Positions 11,954 to 26,114 of a stretch of DNA of 64,000 nucleotides are shown in pieces. The number at the start of each line of letters is the position of its first letter. Positions within the stretch are counted from its first letter, which is position 1. The notes below the pieces were generated by a model. The model saw only the letters and a list, made by a program, of their open reading frames with translations, was not told the origin of the DNA and made no database searches. A program made the translations under genes and the position numbers. Source of the stretch: Geosiphon pyriformis uo1. Its lineage: Eukaryota; Fungi; Glomeromycota. The stretch spans positions 62,001 to 126,000 of the forward strand of contig JAAOMT010000735.1 of assembly GCA_016748015.1 (NCBI GenBank), in the 5' to 3' direction.

Positions 11954-14900
11954 GTGGTAACTATTGGAACAATAGAAAAAGACCACTCCTTATATGGAAG
12001 AGCACTATTTCAATACTTTCAAAAAAATCTAGGAATACTAGCAGAAACCACTATCACAAAAAGTGATTTTTGCAACTATATTAATGCAAAAATCAACTGC
12101 TTGTTAGGCTGTACAACTAATACAAAAAAACTTGGAAAACAAATCTATCAAAGCTTACTAAGGTACTCAACAACTACTACTACTTGAGCAATCACTGAAA
12201 CTCTATGCATAGTCAATACAGACATTAAACACTATGTGACAAAATAATTCCTTCAAGGACAACAACTAGTAGAATCTAATCCAGAGGAATATGAAGACAG
12301 ATCCAATAATCTCACAACTGTTCAAGACAAGTCCATGGTCAACAAAAAACCAAGGTTCTTCTCTCTAACAACTTCATCATATTATCAGACACCCCAAAGT
12401 AGAATTGTATTTAATCTACCCCCGGAAACCCAGTCGGAAACACCACGAACTCTTGGAAATTCATACTCTTGGGGTCAACACAATTGAACCAAATCACTAG
12501 GAAAATATGGATCACTGTTTGGAAATCTTATCCCAACAGCTGGTCAAACAGAAGGAAACATGTCAACTTGGAAACAGCCACCAGCACAAAACCCAGCAGA
12601 ATTAGTATTTCTCCTAATGGAAAAAACAGCTATCTTACAACCTATTGGTTCCAGCAACAAAAAAAAACAACCAGCATTAGCACCCAGAAAACATTCGAAT
12701 ATACAGACATTAATCCCCTTAACCATAACCAGTAATATTTTATCCATTAACCAGATCATGGTCTACCAGAATATTACTAAATTGGAGAAATTTTTTGGTG
12801 AAGAAGATAATACATATTCTTAGATCATGGATGCCAAGAAAGCAATTACTGTTAATGGATAGGATAATGACTACACAATTTAGGTACTGCCATTCTTTCT
12901 GACCAGAACTGCCAATTTGTGGTACCAGAGTCTTGCAAAAAAACCTACCTCCTTTGTGGAGTTTAAACTTGTCTTTCTGCAATACTTCTGTGACCCTAAT
13001 ACACTCATCCGATTGCAAAATCAATTCAGTATAATAAAACAAAATGACCATAAAACAGTAACTACTTATTTCAGAAGATTTAATCAGGTCCTTCAACAAA
13101 TCCTAGCCATCGAACAGAATTATTATACCACCACACAAGTTCTCAATTAATTCATTAAAGGACTAAAGAGCAGCCTCTTAAAATCTATATAATCTTGTCA
13201 TCTGACAAATCTACAAGAAGCAATCACTCTCACTTGCAATTTTGAATCCACAGAACAAGAAATGAACCATACCCAAGCTGTAAATTTAGCCATCAATAGA
13301 ACCTCTGACATCGATGTAAAGATAATCCAATTAAGTGAGAAATTAACTCAGAAAATTGAGAGATTCTTAGTTGGAACCACAGGAACTTACTAACTACCAC
13401 AACAAAGAGAAAATAACAACAACAGCAGATATCCACAGCAACAAAACCATCAGCAACAGCAACAATCTTGGAGATCTGATTCCTGCAACTGTTACTACTG
13501 CCAGAAACTTGGACACATTGCCCATAACTGCAGAAAAAAAATAATAGACCAAAATCAAGAAAACCAATACCAGCAACCAAGATATCAGCAAAACATAGTA
13601 TCCCAATATTCCATCCCTCAAAATCCACTTCTCCAGTATGCACAACAAATCCCATATACTCAATCACTGTTCCAGAATTATTATTAATCACAACCAATAA
13701 CACAAACAATCTCTTACTATCAAACTCCCCTTATAGTCAGCCCAAACTTCAAGCTATAGACTATAATTAGAGATGGAGGAATCCCAACAACAATCAGGTG
13801 CAAACCAACAGTGGACCATCTTGACCAATCTCTCGCAGTTCTGCACAATTTTGACCAGCACCAACTGGATATCCAAATCAAGCTTCCTATCTCAGTCTTG
13901 TGGAAGACCAGAATTTTGATAAATCTACACCTATGGAAGAAAGAGATGTAAAACAAATCTTCCAACCTTCTAAGCAAACAAAAAGCAATATCTCACCAGC
14001 CACTATTATTGAGAACACCACTTTAGCTGTTATATTTCCTTTTGACATCAATAATTTGAACACCCATAGCCTTTTTAGTGGAGCAGTCATCAATTAGAAT
14101 AAACCAATAACGGCCCTATACACTGATGTTAAAGTCAAAAAAATAGACATTAAATTAATCTTGAATAGCAGATCAGCCGGTAGCATAATTACAAAGCAGC
14201 TTATGAACCAACTAAGTTGCCAAATAGATCATGCTGCTACTGCCTGGATCATTACAGTAAATGGAAACACAAAAACCCCAATAGAAGAAATTAACAACTT
14301 CCCCTTTGAGATTAATGGAATCCAGATCCTTACCAAAGTACTCATCATGAAAGCTACTTAATATCAAGCTCTAATAGGAAATGATTGGTTGTCAAAAGCC
14401 AATGCTATACTTGACTAGAATATCCAAGAACTTTAACTCACATTTAATGGACAGCATGTCTGAGTTCCAGCTACATGCAGACACTTTAAAACCCAACATA
14501 CTGAGAAATCTCTAATTGAATTCGAAAACACACCACTACCACTGACCATTGAGATCTATCAGATTTCATGGGTGGACAATTATTGAACTGAACTACTCTT
14601 ACCACCAACCTGAAAAGAAAAAGAAAAAGACAGAGCTGAAAAAGAATTCCAATCATTATCATTAGAATATATAATCTCAAACCAAAGAAATTTATTTTAT
14701 CAATCTTCAAAACTAATATGTGTCGATTGTGAAAAGAAGCTATCCACAATGGGCACATGTATCGGGAACAACAAAAAATAGCCCACTGCTACCAAATATT
14801 ACTGGAGACTTTGTGTACTGAAAAGATTTGGATGACCAAAACAACAAAGCAAGTAGGACAATATGCCATGCCTCACATGTGGCAAGATCCTGTCTGATGA

Positions 14901-17746
14901 AGAACTCTGAAATGATGTGCCTGACAGAGGAAGAACATGTGACAAGGCTTGTCAATATACCATATTAATTAATGATTGGGTATGAAAAGGAACCCTTATC
15001 AAGGACACTTGAAAACAAACACTTAATAGACTGGACAGTTATCCACATAATAATCACAAAATCTGGAGAATGGCAAGCACCAAAGCTGAAGGTGCCATGC
15101 CTAAAAAAATATGAGAAATCAAGGACAATTCTTTGATGCCTGAATATAATAGACCTGACTACCCCACAAATGATTTCTTTATAGATAACTTCGATGCATT
15201 TCAGAACTGATATTAAGAATTGGCCCCGACCCGAAAAGAGCAAAAACAGTGGCTAGTTGATCTAAATACCAAACTATGCAATCACTGCTTAATTTTTTAC
15301 CACTTTTAATACTGTGACAAATGTGATCTTATGTTCAACCCACCTCCCAGAATCCTATACCTGATCACCAAATTACTTGAGCCTAAGAAAAAAAAGAAAT
15401 TACTCACCAAGGACATGTTATTTCAAGAGCCAAATTAGACTACCAAAATAAAACAATACTTCGCATATTCCGATCTCTCCAAAAAATTAGAATTAAAATG
15501 GTACAGTAACAATGACAAAGGAATATGTCCAGAAAGAGCACATAAGACTGATGCAAATTTTGACTTAAGATATACTGAACAATCACTTATAGTTATAGCC
15601 CCACATTCTCTGGTAAAAATAGATCTCAAAATAGTACTATAAATTTCTGTTAGCATCATAGTACAAGTAGTGTCTAAATCAAGCCTTGCAAAGAAAAAAA
15701 TTAACATAAAAGGAGGAATTATTGATGCTGGATATATGGAAAACATCATCATGATGCTACAGAACAATTCAGACAAATCTTACAAGATTGAATCTCATGA
15801 AAAAATCACCTAAGCTATCTTTCTATCTTTAGTCAAAATACTCTAACTAGTCCCAGTTATCACCTAAGAAAAATTAGGCCTTACTGCTTAAGGAATCAAT
15901 GGGTTTGGCTTAAGTAAAAAAGAGAACGTAATGGTCAATTTTATGGAGGAGGATAGTAACCAGATAAAACTTATCTATACCAACACCATTATTTCCATCC
16001 CTCCTTATTGGCAGTACATTCTCAAAGTTGACTGGAGAATTCAGAACTAAGCACTAATCTTCAAGGCCGATCCCGAGATCTGCTCACTAGCCGACATTGT
16101 TAACCTGTACTTACCAGCCAAAGCTTATAAACACTTCAAAATTCCTATCCACAATCTGACCAAAGACATTATCAAAATTCCTAAGGGAACTCTCATTGGT
16201 TCCATATCTTCAGATATTCAGAATCCAGAAAAACTCCAGCTCATTCCAGATTTTGCTCAATTGTTCTTGTTCTGTAATATTACCTTACAAGTATGAAACC
16301 TGCCAAAAAAAAGTTACTTGTTCATGCCAGAAGAAATCAATAAACTCAATCTGAGAAACTTGAACACTTTACAGCAAATACAACTTAAGATTCTATTGAA
16401 CCAATACACTGATGTCTTTGTTAGCAAAAATGAGTTTGGACACACAGACATTATGAAACACCAGATTGACACTGGAGATACTCAACATATTAAACAGCAA
16501 GCTTATTGAGTACCCCTATCTGGCAATAATTTGATTAAGCAAGAAGTACAATAAATGCTTAACAATGGACTGATTAAAGAATCATTAAGCTTTTGGTCCT
16601 CTCCAGTGGTCTTAGTTACAAAGAAGAATGGAAAAATACAATTCTGTGTGGATTACCAGAAATTAAACAGTGTTACCTGAAAAGATAGCTATTCTACTTC
16701 TCTTATCCAAGAAATTCTAAACAACTTAGAAAAGAAAAAATGGTTTTCATCACTAAATCTAGCCAGTGGATATTGGCAAGTTGAAATGAACCTGAAAGAC
16801 AAAGAGAAAACAGTATTCACCATATGAAACAGAAATTTTGAATTCAATGTAATGCCTTTCAGATTGTGCAATGCTCTCATTACCTTCCAACGTCTCATGG
16901 ATGTTATGTATAAAAAAATTTTGTGGAAATCAGTTGTAGTATACTTGGACAACACCAATATCTTCTCGGAAATATTTGATGAACATTTGCTCTACCTGCA
17001 ACAAGTCTTTAAATGTTTTTGAAGTGCCAGATTGAAACTCAACCCTGATAAATGCTTCTTTAGGAAAACCAAACTGAAATTTTTAGGACACATGATTGGC
17101 AAGAACAAAGTAAAACCCCACCCAGACAAAATCCAAAAGATCAAGAATTTTCTAGCCCCAATTAACCTACAAGAGCTACGAGGATTTTTAGGATTGGCTG
17201 GATATTACCGCCAATTCGTCAAAGGATTCTCAACTATCACAAAACCCCTTTATCACTTGTTGTCCAAATACATGCCATACCTGTGAAAAAAAAAGCAACA
17301 AAAAGTCTTTAATTATCTTAAACAGCAATTAATCATATCTTTAATACTAATCTATTCTTACTTTACCAAACAATTCATTATTGCTACAGATGTATCAAAA
17401 AAATGCACTAAGAGCTGTATTATTACAAATAGAACCAGACAGAAGAGAACATCCAATTGTCTATGCCAGTCACAGTACCAGCCCAGTAGAAAAAATATAT
17501 AGCCCAACAGATTTAGAATGCCTCACCATTTATTGGGCCATACAAACATAAAAACACTATTTCCAACAACTATTTAACTTATATACCAATTATAAAAGAC
17601 TCATTTGGTTACTCAATAACCCACAACTAGAAGAAAAATATGCTAGATAGAGTACTTATCTGCAACAATTTCCACTCAAAGTTCATTACAAAGAAGAATC
17701 CAAAAACACCAATGCCAACAGTTTGTCGAGGATGCCACAAACCTAA
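11954..17746 (+). pseudogene. GyB gag-pol (Gag, PR, Cys-rich domain, dUTPase, RT, RNase H) with many stops
   Basis: CYYCQKLGHIAHNC, GGIIDAGY, WSSPVVLV, YLDN, LRGFLGLAGYYR and ANSLSRMPQT*. Confidence 0.9.
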
Positions 17747-17756
17747 TCTCAGACTC

Positions 17757-19124
17757 ATGAACACACTTATTTATCAGTGATTACATTAGTACCTATTAAC
17801 ACTATGTTTCAAGGAGATTTTATCTCAACAGGAACAAAATACTATATGGAAACAAGTGTGAAATTACTTTATTCAAAATGACCAACTCTATTGTCGAGAA
17901 CAATGAAACCACACCACCCCATAACAATTAATCAAGGACAGTGAAAAAGAAGCTATATTATATAGTATGTATTCCAACCCAACTGCAGGACACTTCAACA
18001 AAGACATGTCTCTGGAAAGAACAACAAATCTATACTATTGGCCTATGATGTATAAGGATATCTTCAAATATGTTTGCAATTGTGACTTATGTCAATAAAG
18101 AGGAGGAGCCAGGATAATGAAACCACTTTGACCCATTCCAATTGGAAATCTATTTGATAGAATTGGAATTGATTTGGTTGGTCCCCTCTCAATTACATCC
18201 AAAGAAAATTGTTATATCACTGTAGCCATAGACTATTTTACAAAATGGCCAGAAGCCAGAGCAATCCAAGTAGCTGACGCCAAAACAGTAGCCAAATTTG
18301 TATACCAAGATTTAATATGCAGACATGGATGTCTGAAAGAACTGTTATTGGACTAAAGAACACATTTCATCAATACTATGTTAACTGAATTGAGTCAACG
18401 TTTTAGTATAAAATAACTGTTATCATTACCATATTACCCACAAACAAATAGACTAGTGGAATGATTTAACAAAACATTATGTGAAGCATTAGCAAAAATA
18501 AGTTACAAAAATGAACAAGAATGAGACTTATTTATATCTTCTGTACTTTTTGCATATCAAACATTAAAGCAAAATATGACACAGTTCACACCATTCAAAT
18601 TAGTCTATGAAAGAAAAGCAACATTACTTATTAAACAAAAAATAGTGTTCTATCCAACAGAAACTATCAACAAAAAAAATTTTGAAGATACCTTATGCCA
18701 AAGAATGTACCAGCTAATGGAAACATTAGAAAACAATCATAAAATAGCAGCTGACAATATTAGTAATGTTTAAGAATAACAAAAAGAAAGACATAACAAT
18801 TGTCTACTTGAACAACTAATGAAATTTAAGATTGGAGACCAAGTACTGTTACATCATACAAAAACAGAAAAACAATGAAGTGGAAAGTTCAACCCAAAGT
18901 GGGATGGCCCATTCCACATATACAAAATGTTAGGAAATAGAGCTTACAAATTATGATTGGAAGACAGGATTTTAAAGAAAGTAGTTTATGGGAATTGATT
19001 AAAAATTTATCATGTGAAACAACAGTTATTGTCATTAGTACATCAACTAGGAACACAAATTCCATTAATCAGACCAGAAGATATACCACAAAATCTGAAA
19101 CCAATTATTGTCATTGAAATGTAG
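17757..19124 (+). pseudogene. GyB integrase (separate ORF)
   Basis: ATG 10 nt after the pol stop; IDLVGPL, DYFTKWPEA and WDGPF motifs; ends PIIVIEM*. Confidence 0.88.
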
Positions 19125-19208
19125 ACAACACGTAGCAAATTAAATTGGAAAATTCAAGTATATATACCACCCAAAAAACAATGAGAAAATAATAGAACTT
19201 TTTTTAAC

Positions 19209-19933
19209 ATAGACTTTTCAGATCAAATTCTACAACTTTCAAAACAACTGTTTAAACAATCTTCTGCTCAAATAGAAATCACAATTAATAAAAAAGAGAT
19301 ACAATACAGGGATAAGAGCAAGAAAGAGGTGGACAAGAGTTCAACTAGAACTAAGCTGTTTTACCCTTATAAGCAAATCTCTCTTTATGGAAAAAAAAGA
19401 AAAAGAAATATGATAGGGATAGGACTTGATACAGCTAAGAAAAAGGGGAAGGTAACAGAAATGAAACTCTGTTGGGTAAGAATTGAAGAAATAAAAGAAG
19501 GTCTAAACAGACAAACACTGAAGCCGGTAACAGGAGAATGGACACCTGAAAATGCAAAAAAATGGAAAAAAAACTTTTATTTGTCTATTGACTATTTAAA
19601 ATTGGGTTACAATTAGAATTAGATAGCCTATATAAAGACTTTAACTATCAAACAATCAACAAAGAAGTCCGCAGACAAGTAGAAAAATTCATGGAAAAAA
19701 ACAACTTAAACTTATACTATAAAAAAACATACTGACTATATTCAGCATTTAAACACTGTTTAATGGTACTACTAGACAAAACTCTGAAAACTATCACAGT
19801 TAACAACATAGGACGGATGACAAACACCCAATTTGAAGTTCTACAAAAAGCAATACTGAAGGCAACATTTGAGTTCTTTACAGAAAACACAAACTTGGCT
19901 GAAATAGATGATTTCGCAGGAGCTCAATTTTAA
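19209..19933 (+). pseudogene. GyB ORF3 remnant
   Basis: DFSDQILQLSKQL...LYSAFKHC...TITVNNIGRMTNTQF; stop immediately before the PPT. Confidence 0.78.
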
Positions 19934-19947
19934 AAAGAGAGAGATAA

Positions 19948-20939
19948 TGTTACCCAAGTAGAAAAAACAAAAAGCTATGGAAAAATGTAACAAAGAAACA
20001 TAACAAAAAAATGCAGTACAACTTGAGGTAATACTGAGCAAAAATGAGCAATAGCTAGCAAATGTGAGCAATAGCTAGCAAACGTGAGCAATAGCTAGCA
20101 ATAATAAGCAATAACTAGCAAACGTGAACAATAGTTAGTAATAATGAGCAATAGCTAGCAATAATAAGCAATAGCTAGCAATAATAAACAATAGCTAGCA
20201 ATAGTGAAGCAATTGAAAGCAATCCTGTAAAACCAAAAGAATGTATAAAAGCAAGTAGTTGTAGAAGTTGAAAAGTCAGACAGTTAGTTAGAAATTAATT
20301 TTACTTTGTATTATACTTATCATATATTCATAGTCCGAAATACAATAAATTATCAAAACCAAATCCAATTCACCACTTTATGTTCTCTTATCTTACAGAT
20401 TTTAATTGAAATTAAAATCAGTATTTCCTATCTTTATTCCAGAACAGATGCTATTGGCATAAACGTTTTGAACCCTTAACAATTTAGACTAATTGCTCTT
20501 GATCACAGCAATTGATGGAAATTAATTCTTTTTTTTTCTTTTATTTTTTTTCTTTTTTTGGAGCAGTAACATAAGAAAATTGACTGTCTTGGAATAGACT
20601 TCGTAATAGTCTGGTAAAAGAAAGAAGCTTTCTCTAAGTTTTGAATATTAACGTTATTTTGGTAGCTTATTAGAAAGGCGAAAAGACAATGCCAGACCCT
20701 AACAATTGCACTCATTAGCACGGAGAAGAAAGTTCACATTTACGGAAAACATTGCAATTGATAAAAGACAAACTCTGTGCCTTATAACCAAAGAACTCAA
20801 CAGATAAATTTACAGCCAAGAATAGACTTTTAGAGACTGATAACACTAACACAGCAGAAAAAGCAGACAACTTTGAAAGATAACCCAAAACTAGAGCACT
20901 AAATGTTATCACCATATCTTACCCAGTTTACCCATAACA
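19948..20939 (+). repeat. GyB 3' LTR
   Basis: Preceded by PPT AAAAAGAGAGAGATAA; eight 20-bp U3 units at 20041-20200. Confidence 0.92.
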
Positions 20940-23900
20940 ATATTATCATTTTTCTATTCTATCAAGTTTACCTGTAACACTAAAACTAAATAAAAAAACA
21001 GTTTATCTGACAACACTTTTTTTAACACCAAATTTGAAAAGAACTTAACATTATACTACACCTTAGCCAGACTGAGTTTGGATATTCCTTCTATTAATAG
21101 ATAAATTTCCAAATATCTGTGATGTTCACTGTGCTTAACTATTAAGATAAGTTGATCACAAATGTGCAAGAATACAACTTTGACTTTCTGATTAATAGAT
21201 ATTGCCACTGTCTTATTATTGTTTATAGAAATATTATTCAACTCAAAAAATTTGTTAGCAATGATTAAAATGTGCTGCATCAAAGTCTGACTATTCTCTA
21301 TTCAAATTGTATTATTGACAAATACATCTGTTACAAAAAAAAAACATATCTCACTAGCCTCCAATTAACCAGTTTTTGCCACAAAGTTTGTATTTAATCT
21401 GTATTCATACAAAAATTTCTGTTTCTTAATTTTACATAATAGAGAATCATAAAAAATTCTCTACAGAAAAAATGAGAACATTTTACTTTGATCCAGTTTA
21501 TTTATTATTTTGTAGTCACTTAAAAGACTAAAATTAGTCATAACTCTGTTAACTCTGCTCTTATAAATGTTTCCAAAAAATCTTATAAATCTGTTACATA
21601 TCTTGATTTTTTTCAAACTAGCTTCCAAATAATGCTATTTAGCCGAATTGTAAGTTTTATATATATTCTAAAAAACAAGCCAAACTTCTTGGCTTTTTTT
21701 TAAGATATCTTCTATTATTAAACTAACAGCAAACACCAGAACTGAATTAAAGTTTTTTTTAAGACTGAAAAATTGTTGCCATAAAGAACATTATATCTTG
21801 TACAAGCAAAAAAAATGCAATTTGACAAAGTTTTTAACAGAATTTTTTTAGCTGTTTTAATGAAAATAATAGGCTGTGTGTTGGTTAAAATGCTATTTCA
21901 GTCATAAAACCTAGGAATCATTAAGACCCAAGCTCTTTTTTAGAGAGCCAAAACATCCCCAATACCCAAACAAAAATTTAGCAGATCCAATAAACACTTC
22001 AATATTCCAACTTCACAATGCTTCCAAAGTTCATTAAAAATGCCAAACAGACCAGCAGTCTTGCTATCAGACAGATCTTTTACAACCAAGACTAATTTAT
22101 TCATGCTAATCTCATCTATCACATCAGAAAAAGCAGTATTCCTAACATAACTAAACAATACATATTGATTAGACTACATTATAAATAGCACCAATAACAC
22201 CTTCCATTTCCTTATTCAATTCATTATAATTTCATCAACCCTGGCTATTATCTCCTTTGGCTTCAGAACCAACTCTTTTCCAACTATCAAATGATTCAGA
22301 ACCACCTTATAAAAAGACTGTTCTAAAATACTTCTTATTATACTGCTTTTGTTAGAAGCAAAATTATCCATGTGTTTTTTAATAGCTTTCCTAATAGCCA
22401 TATTTTTTGTAGCTTTCAAATCATAATATTTTGACTTCTTGTATCCTTTTTTGATTAATGAGAGCTGTTTCAACACATCTCTTGTATTTGCATCTTTCAA
22501 AATTATAACATACATCTTAGAAGTCTTTTTTAATTAATTGTTAGCCATTTTTTTAGAAAACAATCACACTTAGATCTGTTATCTATGCTCAATTCTTTTA
22601 AAATCTTTGACATTCTCAATTCCAGTTTATGAAATCTCAAAGGCTGTTTATTCAAAAACTATCCAACTTTCTTAAACCAATATTTAGCAAAAGTGACATC
22701 AGCCAAACTCATTATTACCTCTTTTAAAATGTTCTATATAGCATCCAATTTGCCAAGATTTTTCACATCATTAAAACTATTTATTACATTTTGTAAACTA
22801 GCAAAAACATGCTCTTAAAAATCAGATCATTTAGTATTATTCATGTTCTTAACTTTATACTTTTAGTAATTTTTATTGGCTTGCTTATGTATTGTGAATA
22901 GGTGCTTGTCCAAAAGACCACTCAGACCAACAAAAACTATGACAGTCTTGTGGTTAGTATCAAAAAATTCAGACATACTATCAACACTTTGAACTACTAC
23001 AGAGGAAGAAAAATGCTTATTAACAAAAATGTAGTCAATGGTTTTCTCTACACTCTAAGAGTTGCTCCAGATTGAAAGTTTAACAGCCAGTCCACCTAAA
23101 AGAGAGTTGTACAATTTCACATTGAAACACTTCTTAAAACTAGTACTGTGTTTTTTTTCATTTTTATTGAAATTACCATCTACCACAACATAAAAACTTG
23201 AATTGATTGTCTTAATAACAAAGAAGTTCATCTCATTGGCCTAAGTAAATTGCACATTAGCTAAAACTCCAGCATACAAACTGATCAACATAACAGACTG
23301 ATTATTGCTGAACAGAAGACATAATGAAATAAAATGGTCTGGAATTTCAGAGACTTTGCATACATGTTAAGCCAAGGACTTATTCAATATTATTATCACT
23401 CTAGCACTCATGTGTTCAATGTCCAAACCAGTAACAAAAATCTTAATACTCTAAAATCTGTTTCTAATCCAAGACCTAACTCAACTCTTTAGCTTAGTTT
23501 CAGTAAGAAAAGAAATCCAATTGTCCAAACTATTGTGCCACCTAATTATATCCTCTTGCTTGGCCAAATTGTTCATCTCTTTAACATTATATATAGCAAT
23601 CTTCCAGATTAAACCACTCATTAAAATAAAAAAAATACCAAAGAACCCAAGTTAATACACAACTGATCTAATTTTGCCAGTACTAAACCAACAGAAATCT
23701 CAAAAGCCACCAATTTCAATTCTAAACAGTCTACCTTGAAGGTCAAAACTTTTAAACTGCTTGGATCCAACTTTAAGACTTTAGAAGAAACAAAAGAAAG
23801 AGACAGTGATACCAATTTAGAATTATTCAAAATTATGTTTAAATTCAAGTCCAAATTGGTAGTTGTTGAAATGGCCAAATCACTAGAGGAAAAAAGAAAA

Positions 23901-24320
23901 GCCAAAGACACCAATTTTATACAGCTAAGTTTGTATACTATGTTAGAAATCTGATCTATTAAAAGCTCTAAGGAGCATTTTAAGAAGGCCAAACAATCAC
24001 TTAAAGATAACATATCAGCTGAAACAAGAAGAAAACAACCACCTAAATCTGAGACACCAAGAAAAAGACCACCAGAGCCAGAGCCAACAAATGAACCATG
24101 AGAAAAAGATGCCACTGAGACCACTTAAACCCATGACTTGTTATCAAAAACAGCAGAACAAAAGATAGAAACATTTTTCTTCATGTACAATCTGGCCAAC
24201 TGGAGATGAGTTACATCAAAAGCAGCTTTTTTAAATTCTTTTTTTAAAGGCACAGAAACAAATACATTCAGCACATCACATTTTAAAGCTAAGTGGCCAA
24301 ATTTTTCATATTTTACACAC

Positions 24321-25304
24321 TGTTACCAGAGGTTTTTGGTCTCTTCTTAGCTCTTGTATGTTTGTTGTAATGCTGTTAATTCGCGATTATGGGAAGTGTT
24401 TGAACCTCCAATAACTGAATTTTATCTTCAAATTATCTCCTATAATTTGAACTGCTGGACTTATTAGTAAAATGGCCAATTCTGTGCCAGTTACTTTGTA
24501 TAGTTACATTGTAGTAAACGTCAACTCTTTCCCAGAAATTGCTCATCTGAAAGCTCACTAAAATGTGTAGTTATTTTGCTGTGAAAGTCAACTCTTCTAC
24601 AGAAATTCTTGTCTGTAGGCTACCCAAATGATTTATAATAAGAAAAGAAAGAGAATAAAAGAAATGTAAAAGAAAAAGTAAAACTGATGATTTATGGAAG
24701 TTGTTTCGGATCCAGGCCTGGAAGTGCTTTAACAGTCTACTGAAATTGGTAGCTAATCAATTTCAACTGTTAGTAAGAATTGGTTAATTTCAAAGGAAAT
24801 AATTAAGAATTTGGCTTTTCAAATTTATTTGATATTTATTTTGTTTTTGTGTATAAAGGATGATTCTAATTATTAAATCTGAAGTAAAATACATTTTCTC
24901 GAAGAAAAAAGCTCTTCTTTTATACAACTTGTCATAACACTATTCTATGAACTTGAACTTTGCTTTTTTCTACAATTTTGCTGAACTAAAAATATATTTC
25001 AGCGAACTACACGTTATTTTTGCAAACTATTAGATATTTTGGTAAAATATCAATTATTTCAGCAAATTTCTACAAATTTTGGCAAACTTTTAAATATTAC
25101 ATATTTTGGAGTATTGCATGATTGATCATTGCACTTAGGTTACATTTGTGTTATGTACAAATTGGGTTATTAATTAAATGATAATTTTGAACATTTTGCT
25201 AATGTAATAAGTGATAATTTGAAACGATAATATATGCTAATTAATGATAAGATTTATAAGGGTAATTTCATGCTAAACAATATCTCTAATTTTGTCTGGT
25301 AACA
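24321..25304 (-). repeat. GyC 3' LTR
   Basis: TGTTACCAG...CTGGTAACA inverted termini; matches 33774-34757. Confidence 0.95.
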
Positions 25305-25992
25305 TAACTTTCTCCTCAAGACTGAGTTCCGTCAAAGTCCAAGTACTGTCTGTAATTTCCAGATAATAATCCAAAATTATTAAAGAAATTTGGTCTGAAA
25401 ATTGTTGAAATTTCAGTTCTGTGAGCTTTCCAATGTATTGAATCTTCAAAGGCTGTAAAATTGGGTTTTGTAGGATGTTTTCACAGATGTGGAATAGGTC
25501 ATAAAGTCTAAGAGCAGTTCTTAGTTTATAATGACTGTTTGTAGGTCCAGCTGTTGTCTTGAATTCATTGTGGAGTTGTTTCCGAATAGCTTTTTTTGTG
25601 AGGTTTGCTGCTGTAAGCTCCCATTTTTGTTTATGAAGTGTTTTTCCAATGTAGAAATATCTATATATTGGAGTATAGTTGTAGTTTTCTTTATTAAAAC
25701 ACAGTTGAAGTTTTTGTTGAATAGTAGCATTTGGTAGAATACTAATAGGAATGAGCATTAAGTTTTCTCTTAAAGCAAGCTTTAGAAGTTTTGGCAGGTG
25801 AATTCCAGAATAACTTCTTGTGTTTTTCTTATACGGTTGATATTTTTGTGCATTTGGAGCTAAATTTGTAACTACTTCTGTTTGGGTATAATTAATGTGA
25901 TTTCCAGTAACAGTAATGGATAATTTGGGTATTGTTTTTAAAGCTAACATTAGTTTTTGGGATAATTGTTGAATGTTTTGAGGAATAGACAT
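25273..25992 (-). CDS. GyC ORF3, 239 aa, unknown function, between integrase and 3' LTR
   Basis: Uninterrupted ATG-initiated ORF with homologous remnants at the same position in GyB and GyE. Confidence 0.8.
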   Translation of the reverse strand: MSIPQNIQQLSQKLMLALKTIPKLSITVTGNHINYTQTEVVTNLAPNAQKYQPYKKNTRSYSGIHLPKLLKLALRENLMLIPISILPNATIQQKLQLCFNKENYNYTPIYRYFYIGKTLHKQKWELTAANLTKKAIRKQLHNEFKTTAGPTNSHYKLRTALRLYDLFHICENILQNPILQPLKIQYIGKLTELKFQQFSDQISLIILDYYLEITDSTWTLTELSLEEKVMLPDKIRDIV

Positions 25993-26114
25993 TATAAGAG
26001 ATTTTAAAATAAAAGAAAATTATTTTTGGTGTATGAGTTTTTATGTTATTTTTGTTTTGTTTTTGTGAGATTGTTTCTAAATTATAATGATATAACTATA
26101 ATAATAAATTTAAA

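Larger units (their letters stand above)
10967..20939 (+). mobile_element. Full-length degenerate Gypsy element GyB
   Basis: LTRs 10967-11892 and 19948-20939, 4-bp TSD ATAT (10963-10966 and 20940-20943), PBS and PPT. Confidence 0.95.
8339..20979 (+). mobile_element. 3' part of Gypsy element GyE (degenerate integrase, ORF3, PPT, 3' LTR split by GyB)
   Basis: Integrase remnant to ~9237, ORF3 remnant 9319-10033, PPT 10032-10047. LTR = 10048-10966 plus 20944-20979, homologous to the GyD LTR. Confidence 0.85.

Noticed and set aside
20041-20200. CRISPR-like alternating repeat/spacer pattern
   Set aside because: Units are only 10 bp, the 'spacers' resemble each other, the array lies inside an LTR and there are no cas genes.
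25273-25992. ORF3 as a true envelope gene, or as selectively preserved in GyC
   Set aside because: No signal peptide or transmembrane helix is visible. Stop-free stretches of similar length (225-237 aa) also survive in the dead pol of the same copy.
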